A DNA stretch of 64,000 nucleotides from an uncultured Massilia sp. (GTDB taxonomy: Bacteria > Pseudomonadota > Gammaproteobacteria > Burkholderiales > Burkholderiaceae_D). Below are positions 43,177-52,775 of this stretch, in pieces (position 1 is the first letter of the stretch; each line of letters starts with the position of its first letter). Position numbers and translations under genes: made by a program. The notes under the pieces are model-generated. The model worked only from the letters and a program-made list of their open reading frames with translations. It made no database searches and was not told the origin of the DNA. The stretch is taken from assembly GCA_966210615.1 (NCBI GenBank), contig CBIHLT010000003.1:9-64008 (forward strand), given 5' to 3'.

Positions 43177-44928
43177 ATGAGTCTGGCAAGGCTGATCGGC
43201 GACTTCGTGCGCCGGCACTGGCAATCCTATGCCTCGTCGGCGGTGATGCTGGCGGGCGTCGCCCTGTGCACGATCCTCATCCCGCGCAAGGTGGGCGCCT
43301 TGATCGACGGCCTGGCGGCGCACAGCCTGGACCAGCGCGCGCTGCTGGTGGGCCTGGCCCAGCTGCTCGGCCTGGGGCTGGCGATCTACGTGTTGCGCGT
43401 GAGCTGGCGCATCCGCCTCTATTCGGCCGCCTACAAGCTGGGCGTGGAGCTGCGCACCCGGCTGTATGCGCGCCTGTCCAGCCAGGGCCCCGCCTTCTAC
43501 CAGCGCCAGCGCACCGGCGACCTGATGGCCCTGGCGACCAACGACATCGACGCGATCGAGATGGCGGCCGGCGAAGCGATGCTGGCCGGCTTCGACGGCA
43601 CCCTGACCCTGCTCATGGTGCTGGGGATCATGACGCTCGGCGTCGACTGGCGCCTGGCCGCCATCGCCCTGCTGCCTTTCCCGCTGATGGCCTACGCCTT
43701 CTGGCGCATCTCGAGCCACATCCATACCGCCGAAGCCGACGCGCTCAAGCGCTTCTCGGCGCTCAACGACCACGTGCAGGAATCGCTGTCCGGCGTGCGC
43801 ACCCTGCGCGCCCTCGGCCTGGAACAGCGCAGCGCCCAACAGTTCGCGGAGCTGGCGGGACACGCCTCCGGCGCCAGCCTGGAAGCCAAGCGATGGGAAG
43901 CCGCCTACGAGCCGGCGGTCGGCCTGACCCTCACCGCCGCCACCGGCCTGACCCTGGGCCTGGGCGGCTACCTGGTGTGGCAGAACCAGTTGACGGTGGG
44001 CGCGCTCACCAGTTTCACGATGTACCTGGGCCAGCTGATCTGGCCGATGTTCGCGGCCGGCTGGGTGCTGTCGCTGATCGAGCGCGGACGCGCCGGCCTG
44101 GCGCGCCTGCAGCCCCTGCTCGACGCCCCGCTCACGGTCGAAGACAAGGGCACGCTGGAGGAAGTCGGCAAGGGCGCCCTCAAGCTGGAGGGCGTCACGT
44201 TCGCCTACCACGAGCAAGGGAAGCCGGCGCTGGACAAGGTGTCGGTCACGCTGCAACCCGGCCAGACCCTGGGCCTGGTCGGCCCGACCGGCGCCGGCAA
44301 ATCGACCCTGCTGCGGGTGCTGCTGCGCCAGGCCACGCCGCAGGCGGGCCGCGTCACCTGGGCCGGCCAGCCCCTGGAGGCGTATCGCCTGAGTGCATTG
44401 CGCGCGGCCACCAGCTGGGTGCCGCAGGAGTCCTTCCTGTTCTCGGCCACCATCGCCGAGAACATCGCGCTGGCCCGCCCCGGCGCCTCGCGCGCGGAGA
44501 TCGAGCAGGCCGCGAGGATGGCCGCGATCCACGACGATATCCTGCGCTTCCCGCACGGCTACGACACCCCGGTCGGCGAAAAGGGCATCACGCTCTCCGG
44601 CGGGCAGCGCCAGCGCGTGGCGATCGCGCGCTCGCTGCTGGCCGACAGCGCCCTGCTGCTGCTCGACGACGCCCTGTCGGCGGTGGACACCGGCACCGAG
44701 ACCCGCATCCTCGAACACCTGGCCGAGCTGCGCCAGGCCAGGCCGGAACGGGCGGCGATCATCGCCAGCCACCGCCTGTCGGCCGTGGTGGGCGCCGACC
44801 GCATCATCGTCCTGCGCGACGGCCGCATCGCCGAAGCAGGCACCCACGACGAACTGCTCGCATTGGATGGCTGGTACGCCAGCCAGTGGCGCTACCAGCA
44901 ACTGGAGGCCAGCCTTGAAGCCAGCTGA
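43177..44928 (+). CDS. ABC transporter fused permease/ATPase (MdlA-like)
   Basis: TMD plus GPTGAGKS, LSGGQRQR, LLLDDALSAVD. Confidence 0.93.
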   Translation: MSLARLIGDFVRRHWQSYASSAVMLAGVALCTILIPRKVGALIDGLAAHSLDQRALLVGLAQLLGLGLAIYVLRVSWRIRLYSAAYKLGVELRTRLYARLSSQGPAFYQRQRTGDLMALATNDIDAIEMAAGEAMLAGFDGTLTLLMVLGIMTLGVDWRLAAIALLPFPLMAYAFWRISSHIHTAEADALKRFSALNDHVQESLSGVRTLRALGLEQRSAQQFAELAGHASGASLEAKRWEAAYEPAVGLTLTAATGLTLGLGGYLVWQNQLTVGALTSFTMYLGQLIWPMFAAGWVLSLIERGRAGLARLQPLLDAPLTVEDKGTLEEVGKGALKLEGVTFAYHEQGKPALDKVSVTLQPGQTLGLVGPTGAGKSTLLRVLLRQATPQAGRVTWAGQPLEAYRLSALRAATSWVPQESFLFSATIAENIALARPGASRAEIEQAARMAAIHDDILRFPHGYDTPVGEKGITLSGGQRQRVAIARSLLADSALLLLDDALSAVDTGTETRILEHLAELRQARPERAAIIASHRLSAVVGADRIIVLRDGRIAEAGTHDELLALDGWYASQWRYQQLEASLEAS

Positions 44929-46717
44929 GAACAAGGCGGCGAGCAACAGCGCCGACATGCGCGTCCAGGCCCGGCGCGCCTTCGGGCTGCTGCGCCGCGC
45001 GGCCGATCCCGAGCGCCGCCACCTGGTCTGGGCCGTGCTGTGGCTGACCCTGGCCGCCCTGCTCGAAGTGATCGGCCCGATCCTGGGCAAGGCGCTGATC
45101 GACGACCACCTGCTGCCGCGCGCGCTGGACTGGCCGCGCATGGCGCTGCTGCTGGGCGGGCTGGTGGTCACCGGCTGGCTGTCGTCCTGGATCCGCTACC
45201 TGCAGCTGATCCGGCTGTCGGGCGTGGCCATGCGCTCGGTGCAGCGCCTGCGCGAATGGGTCTACGGCCACGTGCTGCGCCTGCCGATGGCCTTCTTCGA
45301 CCGCGCCATCACCGGCCAGCTGGTCAGCCGCGTGACCAACGACACCGAAGCGGTCAAGACCCTGTACATCCAGGTGCTGTTCGTGATCCTCGACAGCAGC
45401 ATCGTCCTGGTCGGCACCCTGATCGCCATGGCCTGGCTCGACTGGCGCCTGATGCTGATCGTGCTGACCCTGGTGCCGGCGGTGCTGGGCATCGTCTGGC
45501 TCTACCAGCGCCTGTCGGCGCCGGCGGTGACCAGGGCGCGCGCGCTGCGCAGCGACATCAACGGCCAGATGGCGGAATCGATCGGCGGCATGAGCGTGCT
45601 CCAGGCCAGCAACGCGGAAAGCCGCTTCGGCGAGCGCTTCCTGGGCACCAACCGCGCCCACTACACCGCGCGCCTGGCCGAGCTGCGCGCCAACGCCCTG
45701 CTGCTGCGTCCCGCCCTCGACCTGCTCAACGTGGTGCTGCTGGCGGTGGTGATCTACGGCTTCGGCCAGCGCCAGATGAACGCGGTGGAAGTCGGCGTGC
45801 TGTACGCCTTCATCAGCTATATCGCGCGCGTGGTGGAACCGCTGATCCAGATCACCATGCAGTTCAGCGGCCTGCAGCAGGCGGTGGTCGCCACCTCGCG
45901 CGTGGCCGCCCTGCTCGACGAGGAGGGCGCGCCGGAGCATGCACCGGGGCGCAGCGGCACGCAGGCGTCCGCCGATCCGCATGCGCCGGCGGTGCGGGTG
46001 CGCCACCTGGGCTTCGCCTACGTGCCGGGCCAGCCGGTGCTGCACGACCTGTCGCTCGACATTCCGCAAGGCGCCTTCTTCGGCATCGTCGGCCATACCG
46101 GCAGCGGCAAGTCGACCCTGTTGTCGCTGCTGCTGCGCTACTACACCGCGGACCAGGGCAGCATCGAGATCGGCGGCCTGCCGCTGGCCGGCATCGGCAA
46201 CGAGCGCTTCCGCAACGAGGTCGGACTGGTGCCCCAGGACCCCTTCATCCTGGCCGCCAGCGCGCGCGAGAACATCGACATGGGCCGCGGCCTGCCGATG
46301 GAGCGCATCGAGGCGGCCGCGCGCGCCGCCCACGCCCACGGCTTCATCGCGGCGCTGGAACAGGGCTACGATACCCAGCTGGGCGAAGGCGGCTCGCGCC
46401 TGTCCTCGGGCCAGAAGCAGCTGGTGGCGGTCGCGCGGGCGCTGGCCGGCGAGCCGCGCATCCTGCTGCTGGACGAGGCCACCTCGCGCATCGACAGCGC
46501 CACCGAGCAGATCGTCCAGCAGGCGCTGGAGGAATTGCGCGGCAAGGTGACCATCATCGCGATCGCGCACCGGCTGTCGACCATCCGCGAGGCGGACCGC
46601 ATCATCGTGCTGAATCACGGCAGGATCTCGGAAGCGGGAGCGCACGAGGAGCTGATGCGCATCGAGGGCGGCCTGTACCAGCGTCTCTACCTGCTCCAGC
46701 AGATCGCGGCCCAGTAG
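44915..46717 (+). CDS. ABC transporter fused permease/ATPase (MdlB-like)
   Basis: Probable TTG start at 44915 after GGAGG; GHTGSGKS, LSSGQKQ, LLLDEATS. Heterodimeric partner of the upstream gene. Confidence 0.92.
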   Translation: MKPAENKAASNSADMRVQARRAFGLLRRAADPERRHLVWAVLWLTLAALLEVIGPILGKALIDDHLLPRALDWPRMALLLGGLVVTGWLSSWIRYLQLIRLSGVAMRSVQRLREWVYGHVLRLPMAFFDRAITGQLVSRVTNDTEAVKTLYIQVLFVILDSSIVLVGTLIAMAWLDWRLMLIVLTLVPAVLGIVWLYQRLSAPAVTRARALRSDINGQMAESIGGMSVLQASNAESRFGERFLGTNRAHYTARLAELRANALLLRPALDLLNVVLLAVVIYGFGQRQMNAVEVGVLYAFISYIARVVEPLIQITMQFSGLQQAVVATSRVAALLDEEGAPEHAPGRSGTQASADPHAPAVRVRHLGFAYVPGQPVLHDLSLDIPQGAFFGIVGHTGSGKSTLLSLLLRYYTADQGSIEIGGLPLAGIGNERFRNEVGLVPQDPFILAASARENIDMGRGLPMERIEAAARAAHAHGFIAALEQGYDTQLGEGGSRLSSGQKQLVAVARALAGEPRILLLDEATSRIDSATEQIVQQALEELRGKVTIIAIAHRLSTIREADRIIVLNHGRISEAGAHEELMRIEGGLYQRLYLLQQIAAQ

Positions 46718-46814
46718 CCGCGGCCAAGCCGGTTGTGACAAACTGAGGATTTCCCGCGGCCTGGTTTCGCTATGCTGTCACCATGAACACTGCATACAAC
46801 ATGGGACAAGCCTG

Positions 46815-47378
46815 ATGGGCATCGCCTTGTCCTGGGTCGCCGTGAAGGGGCTGGAGCCGGACGAAGTCCTGTCGCGGCTCGAGCTTGCGCACACCGACGA
46901 AGAGAGCAGCTATCCCTTCGACGGCGTCGTCGCCCATCCCTTGCCGGACGGCGCCTTCCTCGTCGCGGCGCGCGGCAGCGGGCACCGCATCGTCGGCGCC
47001 GACTGCATGGCCAGGCTGTCCGCCGCCTGCCAGGCCCTGTCCTGCGACATCGAGGAACACGTCGGCTTCGTCGCCAGCGCGCTGTGGCAGGACGGCCGCC
47101 AGGTGTGGGAAGTCCGCTACGAAAGCGACGACGATCCCGAGAACGTGTTCTGCAAGGGGCAAGTCCCCGGGCGCCTGCACGAGCTGCTGGCCCAGGTGGA
47201 GCCGATGGACAGCGAACACTTCGAGGGGCATTATCATATGGACATCCCTCTCATCCTCGCCAAGGAGTTCTCCGGCTACCGACACGACGAGGACGACGCC
47301 CGCTTCGAGGCCACGCCTTTCGAAACCCTGAAGGACTTGCGCGGCAAGACCAGCTGGTGGCGCTCGTTGTGGCAATGA
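46815..47378 (+). CDS. Hypothetical acidic protein with a C-terminal WW tail
   Basis: Plausible start after GGGAC and typical codon usage; ends KTSWWRSLWQ. Confidence 0.7.
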   Translation: MGIALSWVAVKGLEPDEVLSRLELAHTDEESSYPFDGVVAHPLPDGAFLVAARGSGHRIVGADCMARLSAACQALSCDIEEHVGFVASALWQDGRQVWEVRYESDDDPENVFCKGQVPGRLHELLAQVEPMDSEHFEGHYHMDIPLILAKEFSGYRHDEDDARFEATPFETLKDLRGKTSWWRSLWQ

Positions 47379-47562
47379 CAAGCCGGTGACGCTTTTCCAT
47401 CGCTTTTGCGACGTGTTGTGGGGTTTTCGTGACGCTGCGGCCAAGCGTGCAAGCGGTCCCGGCCTCCGCTCCACTATACTGTCGGCCGGCCACCCGAAGA
47501 TGCGCACGCACCGGCGATGTCCGCCCCATGAACCCCCATCAAGCACGACGGAAGTCCACGCA

Positions 47563-48186
47563 ATGCACGCTGAACCGCTTTCCCTGAAGCTCCGCTCCCT
47601 GGTCCGCTCCCTGCCGCCCACCGGCATCACCCTGAGCGAGCTGATCCACCGCGTCGGCAGCGAGGGCCTGCTGATCCTGACCGCGCTGCTGACCCTGGTG
47701 TTCCTGATCCCGATTTCCATCCCCGGCGTGAGCACGGTGTTCGGCGCCGCCATCCTCCTGATCGGCGTGAGCCGCCTGTTCGGGCGCGACCTGTGGATTC
47801 CGTCCAGCCTGAAACACCGCCACATCGGCACCAAGAAGCTGCGCCCGGTGCTGCGCAAGGCGCTGCCCCTGCTGTACAAGCTCGAAAAGGTGAGCCGTCC
47901 CGATCGCATCCATTGGCTGGTCGCGGACGGTCCCATCCAGCACCTGAACAACCTGGCGCTGATCCTGGGCGCCGTCTTGCTGATGATGCCTTTCGGCCTG
48001 ATCCCGTTCAGCAATACCTTCCCGGCTGTGGCGCTGCTGTTCTTCGCCATCGGCCTGCTGCAGCGTGACGGCGTGTGCGTGCTGCTGGGTCACATCAGCA
48101 ATGTCCTTACCATCCTGTATTTCGCCTTGCTGATCGGCGGCGGCGGCCTGGCCGCGCGCGAAGTCTTCGGCCGCCTGGCCGGCTGA
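47563..48186 (+). CDS. ExoD family exopolysaccharide synthesis protein
   Basis: PISIPGVSTVFG, PFGLIPFSNTFPA, GLLQRDG motifs. Confidence 0.88.
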   Translation: MHAEPLSLKLRSLVRSLPPTGITLSELIHRVGSEGLLILTALLTLVFLIPISIPGVSTVFGAAILLIGVSRLFGRDLWIPSSLKHRHIGTKKLRPVLRKALPLLYKLEKVSRPDRIHWLVADGPIQHLNNLALILGAVLLMMPFGLIPFSNTFPAVALLFFAIGLLQRDGVCVLLGHISNVLTILYFALLIGGGGLAAREVFGRLAG

Positions 48187-48795
48187 GTGGGCGCGCCGTC
48201 CGCGCTGTATTTCCTGCCGGGCGCGCTCGGCCGTACGGAATTCTGGCGCCCCGCGTCCGCCTTGCTGGCCCATCCTGCCCCGCAGGTGCATGTGAGCTGG
48301 CCCGGCTTCGGCGGTATTCCACCCGACCCGGCTGTTCGCGGCCTCGACGACCTGGCTTCCAGGCTGCTTGAGCACATCGACCGTCCCGGCGCACTGATCG
48401 CACAATCGATGGGCGGCGTCGTCGCCCTGCTGGCAAGCCTGCGCAAGCCCGAGCTCATCACCCATCTGGTGCTGAGCGCGACCTCGGGCGGGCTGCCGAT
48501 GTCCGCGCTCGGCGCCCAGGACTGGCGCCCGGCCGTCCGCGCCGCCCATCCCGGCTTGCCGGACTGGTTCGCCAGCTACCAGCAAGATCTCTCGTCCAGC
48601 TTGCCCCGGCTCCGCATTCCGACCTTGCTGCTGTGGGGCGACGCCGACCCGATCAGCCCCCTCGCGGCTGGCGAGCGCCTGGCTTCCCTGCTTCCGCAGG
48701 CGGAACTGCACGTCTTCCCCCACGGCGACCACGATGTCGGCTGCGCCTTCGCCGGACGGGTGGCGTCCCTCATCGACCGCCACCTGGCTGACTAG
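48187..48795 (+). CDS. Alpha/beta fold hydrolase
   Basis: GTG start; AQSMGG, PTLLLWGDAD, GDH catalytic pattern. Confidence 0.85.
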   Translation: MGAPSALYFLPGALGRTEFWRPASALLAHPAPQVHVSWPGFGGIPPDPAVRGLDDLASRLLEHIDRPGALIAQSMGGVVALLASLRKPELITHLVLSATSGGLPMSALGAQDWRPAVRAAHPGLPDWFASYQQDLSSSLPRLRIPTLLLWGDADPISPLAAGERLASLLPQAELHVFPHGDHDVGCAFAGRVASLIDRHLAD

Positions 48796-48864
48796 CAGGC
48801 GGCTTCTTGCCCAGCGGCGGCGAGCCCGATATCATCTTCGTTCCCCGCCACGCATAGGAGCACG

Positions 48865-49557
48865 ATGAGCCGCACAGGACGCCTTTTCCAACTGATGGAC
48901 GCCTTGCGCGGCAACCGCCGTCCCGTGACGGCCGGCGCCCTGGCCGAGCAGCTCGGCGTGTCCGAACGCACCATCTACCGCGACATCAAGTCCCTGGCCC
49001 AGCTCGGCGCCCCGGTCGAAGGCTCGGCCGGCGTCGGGTATATGCTGCGCACCGGCTTCTTCCTGCCGCCGCTGATGTTCGACAGCGACGAACTCGAGGC
49101 CCTGGTGCTGGGCGCGCGCTGGGTACGCCACCAGGGCGACGCCGCGCTGAGCACCGCCGCCGAGCGCGCGCTGGCCAAGATCGCCACCGCCACGCCGCGC
49201 GACCTGCGCGACCACATGGCCGACACCAGCCTGTGGGTGCCCGCCGGCCCCGAGCAGACCGGGCCGGATCCGTTCATCCAGCCCGCGCGCGAGGCGATCC
49301 GCCACCAGTGCAAGCTGCGCATCGACTACCGCGACGAGCAGGCCGCGGCGTCGCAGCGCATCGTCTGGCCCTTCGCGCTGGCCTTCTTCCAGGGCCGCCG
49401 GGTGCTGGCCGCATGGTGCGAGCTGCGCGGCGCGATCCGCCACTTCCGCATCGACCGCATCGTGCAGGCCGAGCCGAGCGCCGAACGCTACCCCACGCCG
49501 CGCCACCAGCTGCTGCGCCAGTGGCGCCAGGAATGCGGCATCCAGGAACTCTCCTGA
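48865..49557 (+). CDS. YafY-family HTH-WYL transcriptional regulator
   Basis: MSRTGRLFQL...VSERTIYRDI..L...GY.L..GFFLPPLMF...AAWCELR...RHFRIDRI. Confidence 0.95.
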   Translation: MSRTGRLFQLMDALRGNRRPVTAGALAEQLGVSERTIYRDIKSLAQLGAPVEGSAGVGYMLRTGFFLPPLMFDSDELEALVLGARWVRHQGDAALSTAAERALAKIATATPRDLRDHMADTSLWVPAGPEQTGPDPFIQPAREAIRHQCKLRIDYRDEQAAASQRIVWPFALAFFQGRRVLAAWCELRGAIRHFRIDRIVQAEPSAERYPTPRHQLLRQWRQECGIQELS

Positions 49558-49570
49558 CAGGATCTGTCAG
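49554..49570. promoter_or_regulatory. Perfect inverted repeat, candidate operator of the WYL regulator
   Basis: CTGACAG-GAT-CTGTCAG overlapping the regulator stop codon, 44 nt before the GST start. Confidence 0.65.
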
Positions 49571-49614
49571 CGCCTTTGCCTAGCATTGCCGTATCCAACC
49601 TGAAGGAGACAGCA

Positions 49615-50232
49615 ATGCAGCTCTACCACCATCCCTTGTCGTCCAACTCGCGCCGGGTAACGATGGCGGCCGATCACCTCGGCGTCGCCCTCGACCTGGT
49701 CGAGATCAACCTGGGCAGCGCAGGCGATCGCCGCCGCCTGGAAGAAATGAACCCCAACAGCAAGGTCCCGGTCCTGGTCGACAAGGACTTCGTGCTGTGG
49801 GAATCGTGCGCGATCATGCAGTACCTGGCGGACCGGACGCCGGGGCAAACCGTTTACCCGCAAGCCCCGGTGGCGCGCGCGGACGTGCACCGCTGGATGT
49901 TCTGGGCAGGCCAGCATTTCTCGCCGGCGGTCGGCGTGCTCACGTGGGAAAACATCTGGAAGCGGATCGTCACGGGCGCCGGCCCGGATCCGGTGGAGCT
50001 GGCGCGCGGCGCCGCCGACCTGCACCGCGCGGCGGCGGTGGCCGATGCCCATCTGGCGCAGCGCCGCTGGCTGGTGGGCGACGCGCTCACCCTGGCCGAC
50101 TACGCGGTGGCGGCCCCGCTGATGTACCTGGAACAGGCGCGCCTGCCGCTGGAAGGATATCCGCACCTGATCGCGTGGTTCGCACGGGTGCAGGAACTGC
50201 CGGCCTGGCGCCATACGACGCCGGTCTGGTAA
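49615..50232 (+). CDS. Glutathione S-transferase
   Basis: MQLYHHPLSSNSRRV, NPNSKVPVL, LWESCAI, TLAD. AAGGAG RBS. Confidence 0.95.
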   Translation: MQLYHHPLSSNSRRVTMAADHLGVALDLVEINLGSAGDRRRLEEMNPNSKVPVLVDKDFVLWESCAIMQYLADRTPGQTVYPQAPVARADVHRWMFWAGQHFSPAVGVLTWENIWKRIVTGAGPDPVELARGAADLHRAAAVADAHLAQRRWLVGDALTLADYAVAAPLMYLEQARLPLEGYPHLIAWFARVQELPAWRHTTPVW

Positions 50233-50249
50233 GTGTCCGCCGCAGCAAG

Positions 50250-51083
50250 CTAGGCACCCGCAAGCAAGGCCAGCCCCCATCCGACCAGCGCGATCCCGGC
50301 CAGGCGTGCAGCCAGCATGCCGGCCGGCCCCGTCTTCTCCAGCAACACCAGCAGCGCGAGCGCCGCGACCCATGCCAGGTTCATCGCGCCCACCACGAAC
50401 AGCACGAGCATGAGCGCCCAGCAGCAGCCCAGGCAATAGGCGCCATGGCGGACGCCCATCCGTATGGCTCCCAGCCTGCCGTCCCGCCAATGGGCCAGGA
50501 AGAAGCCGAGTGGACTGCGGCAATGGGCCAGGCAGGCCTGCTTGAACGGGCTCAGCTGATAGATCCCCGCCATGCAAAGGATGGCTGCGCTCAGCGGCGT
50601 ACTGGACGCCGCCATCGCCGGCGACAGCAAGGCGGCATTGTGCAGCGCCGCCTGCGCCAGGGCCGCCACGGCGCTGAAGCCGATCCATACCAGCGCATAG
50701 CCTGAACCGAACAGGAAACTGTGCGTCAACAGGGCCGCCTTGCCACGGCGCGCCTGGGCGCCGGCAAAGAGCAGGATGGCCGGCATGGCCGATCCGGCCA
50801 TCATGCCGACCATCATCACCGACCACATCAGGAAGCCCAGTCCCACGTCGGCCGGCGCGCAATGGGCGGCCATCGCTTCTTCCGGCGTGCCGGGCAGGAT
50901 CCGGCCATCGAGATAGAACAGATAGGCCCATGCCAGCGCCATGACGGCGACGATGCAGCCCTGGATCAGGACCTTGTCGCGTGCGGCCACCGGTGCGGCC
51001 GGTACCGGCGGCCAGGCGCCCGCGCCGTGGCGGACGTTTCCCAGCCTAAGCACCTTGCCAAGCAAAAGGCGCATATTGGCCAT
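50250..51083 (-). CDS. DUF2182 family metal-binding integral membrane protein
   Basis: W.VMMVGMM..P, YQLSPFKQACL.HCRSP, YCLGCCWALM..LF..G.MN...LEK. Start uncertain. Confidence 0.88.
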   Translation of the reverse strand: MANMRLLLGKVLRLGNVRHGAGAWPPVPAAPVAARDKVLIQGCIVAVMALAWAYLFYLDGRILPGTPEEAMAAHCAPADVGLGFLMWSVMMVGMMAGSAMPAILLFAGAQARRGKAALLTHSFLFGSGYALVWIGFSAVAALAQAALHNAALLSPAMAASSTPLSAAILCMAGIYQLSPFKQACLAHCRSPLGFFLAHWRDGRLGAIRMGVRHGAYCLGCCWALMLVLFVVGAMNLAWVAALALLVLLEKTGPAGMLAARLAGIALVGWGLALLAGA

Positions 51084-51672
51084 TGTTCTGTCCGCTGATA
51101 TCGTCCCATTTCAGTCCGAGCGCATCGACATGGCTGCGCGTGGCGCGCGCCAGCGCGAAGCGGTCGGCGGCCGGATGGCCCGTGTTGTCCAGGCAGATCG
51201 GTTCCGTGGCCCGGGGGTCCAGGCCCATCGCGCCCGCCGCCGCCATGTCGAGCCGGTCCGGGATCGTCACCGACCAGTTGTGTCCGTCGCGCTGGAAGCG
51301 AATGGAGGCGGTTTCGGTTCCCGCAAACCTTCCCACCAGTCCCGACAGCGCAGCAATGGGGCCGCCCGCACTGCCGCTGGCGATCGCCTCGATCGCCTCG
51401 CGCTGTTCCCGGCTGGCGTGTTCATCGACGATCAGTCCGATCGTCCAATTTCCTTTTGCCATTTCTTCCGGGGTCATCCCGAGCAGCGCAAATCCCAGCC
51501 CATCCAGCGGCAGCTCGCCGAAGCGGCCGCGCTCGACCTGGAAAGCCATGGCGAAGGTGCACGAGCCCTTGGTAGGCCTGGCCTGGAGCTGTCCCGGCAC
51601 ACAGGGACAAATGAAATCGCAACTGCAGGTCTCATAGTATTGACCGCTGATGTTCCATTCGGTATTGGCCAT
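51046..51672 (-). CDS. DUF1326 family protein
   Basis: W.ISGQYYETCSCDFICPC...PT.G.C, G.FG...LDGL, I.D..AS.EQR.A; paired with DUF2182. Confidence 0.88.
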   Translation of the reverse strand: MANTEWNISGQYYETCSCDFICPCVPGQLQARPTKGSCTFAMAFQVERGRFGELPLDGLGFALLGMTPEEMAKGNWTIGLIVDEHASREQREAIEAIASGSAGGPIAALSGLVGRFAGTETASIRFQRDGHNWSVTIPDRLDMAAAGAMGLDPRATEPICLDNTGHPAADRFALARATRSHVDALGLKWDDISGQNNGQYAPFAWQGA

Positions 51673-51760
51673 GATCGCCTCCCTTCCGCATCGCCACCGA
51701 TTCAGCATAGGCCACGCATCGCCCTTGCGCCAGCCCGCCTCGCGCTGCGGCGCCCGGGAC

Positions 51761-52516
51761 TCAGCTCCGGCTGAAATTGAAGCATCCGGCCGGCGCCATC
51801 GTGCCGCTCACCAGCAGCGCGCCATGCCGGTACAACTCCCGGCGCCGCTCTTGCGGCACCGCCACCACGACCACGCCCATCGTCCGGTCGCTCCAGAGCA
51901 GGCGTCCATCGACCGCATCGAGCGCGGCGAAGACATCGTTCGGGGTGGCGCCGGGACGGAAGACGACGGTGGCGCCCGCGTCCTGCCCTTCGGGCGGCTG
52001 CAGGGCCCAGGCCCCGGCGCCCGCGGTGGCCGCACAGAGCAGCAGCATGGCGGCGGGGGAGCCGCGCAGCTCCGGTCCGCCACGGCGCATCAGCCTCCAG
52101 CCTGCCAGCAGGGGCAACAGGCCGAAGACAAGCAGCCAGGCCAGGTCCCATGCGAGCGGATTGCCGCTGTCGACACGGATGCGGTGGATGCCGAGCAGCC
52201 AGTGCGACAGCACGGCGTCGACCACGTGCCAGGCGCCGAAGCCGATCAGCAGCGCACCCATCAGTGGCCAGCCCCAGCCAACACCCGTTCCCTGGCGCGC
52301 GCGCCACAGGCCCCACAGGCCGGCCAGCGCGACGGCATACATCAAGAGGTGGAAGTAGCCGTCCCACAGCACCTGGCTGCGCAAGTCCCCGATCCCGCGC
52401 ACCAGGCTGAGCAGGTGATGCCACTGCAGGATCTGGTGCAGCAGGATGCCGTCGAAGAAGCCGCCGAGCGCGAAGCCCAGCACGGCTGCCCATCTTGCCC
52501 AGCTCGATGTCCACAT
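51761..52516 (-). CDS. DUF2243 family membrane protein
   Basis: GFALGGFFDGILLHQILQWHHLLS, DGYFH, LLGIHRIR motifs. Confidence 0.85.
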   Translation of the reverse strand: MWTSSWARWAAVLGFALGGFFDGILLHQILQWHHLLSLVRGIGDLRSQVLWDGYFHLLMYAVALAGLWGLWRARQGTGVGWGWPLMGALLIGFGAWHVVDAVLSHWLLGIHRIRVDSGNPLAWDLAWLLVFGLLPLLAGWRLMRRGGPELRGSPAAMLLLCAATAGAGAWALQPPEGQDAGATVVFRPGATPNDVFAALDAVDGRLLWSDRTMGVVVVAVPQERRRELYRHGALLVSGTMAPAGCFNFSRS

Positions 52517-52775
52517 TGCATTGCTCCCTCTGCCATGCGTGAGGGACCAGTATAGAGAAAGCCTTCCGGCGGTGACGCGGGCTTTCGTGACGAACGGTAG
52601 AAACGCGGGTCAGGCTGCACCGGGCGGCCACGGCGAAGGCCGCCGCCCCGCTGTGTCATTTTGGTGACAATTGATGAGAAAGTGGAATTTCCCGTTTGCA
52701 ACAGGCCTATAATTAATCCTAATAAATTCAGAACGAAATCTGTTGGAACCCTCCCGGCGCCACGAGACCCGATCC

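Noticed and set aside
44393-44914. N-terminal extension of the 774-aa ABC ORF
   Set aside because: Overlaps the upstream ABC gene out of frame. A TTG start with GGAGG at 44915 gives a normal ~600-aa half-transporter.
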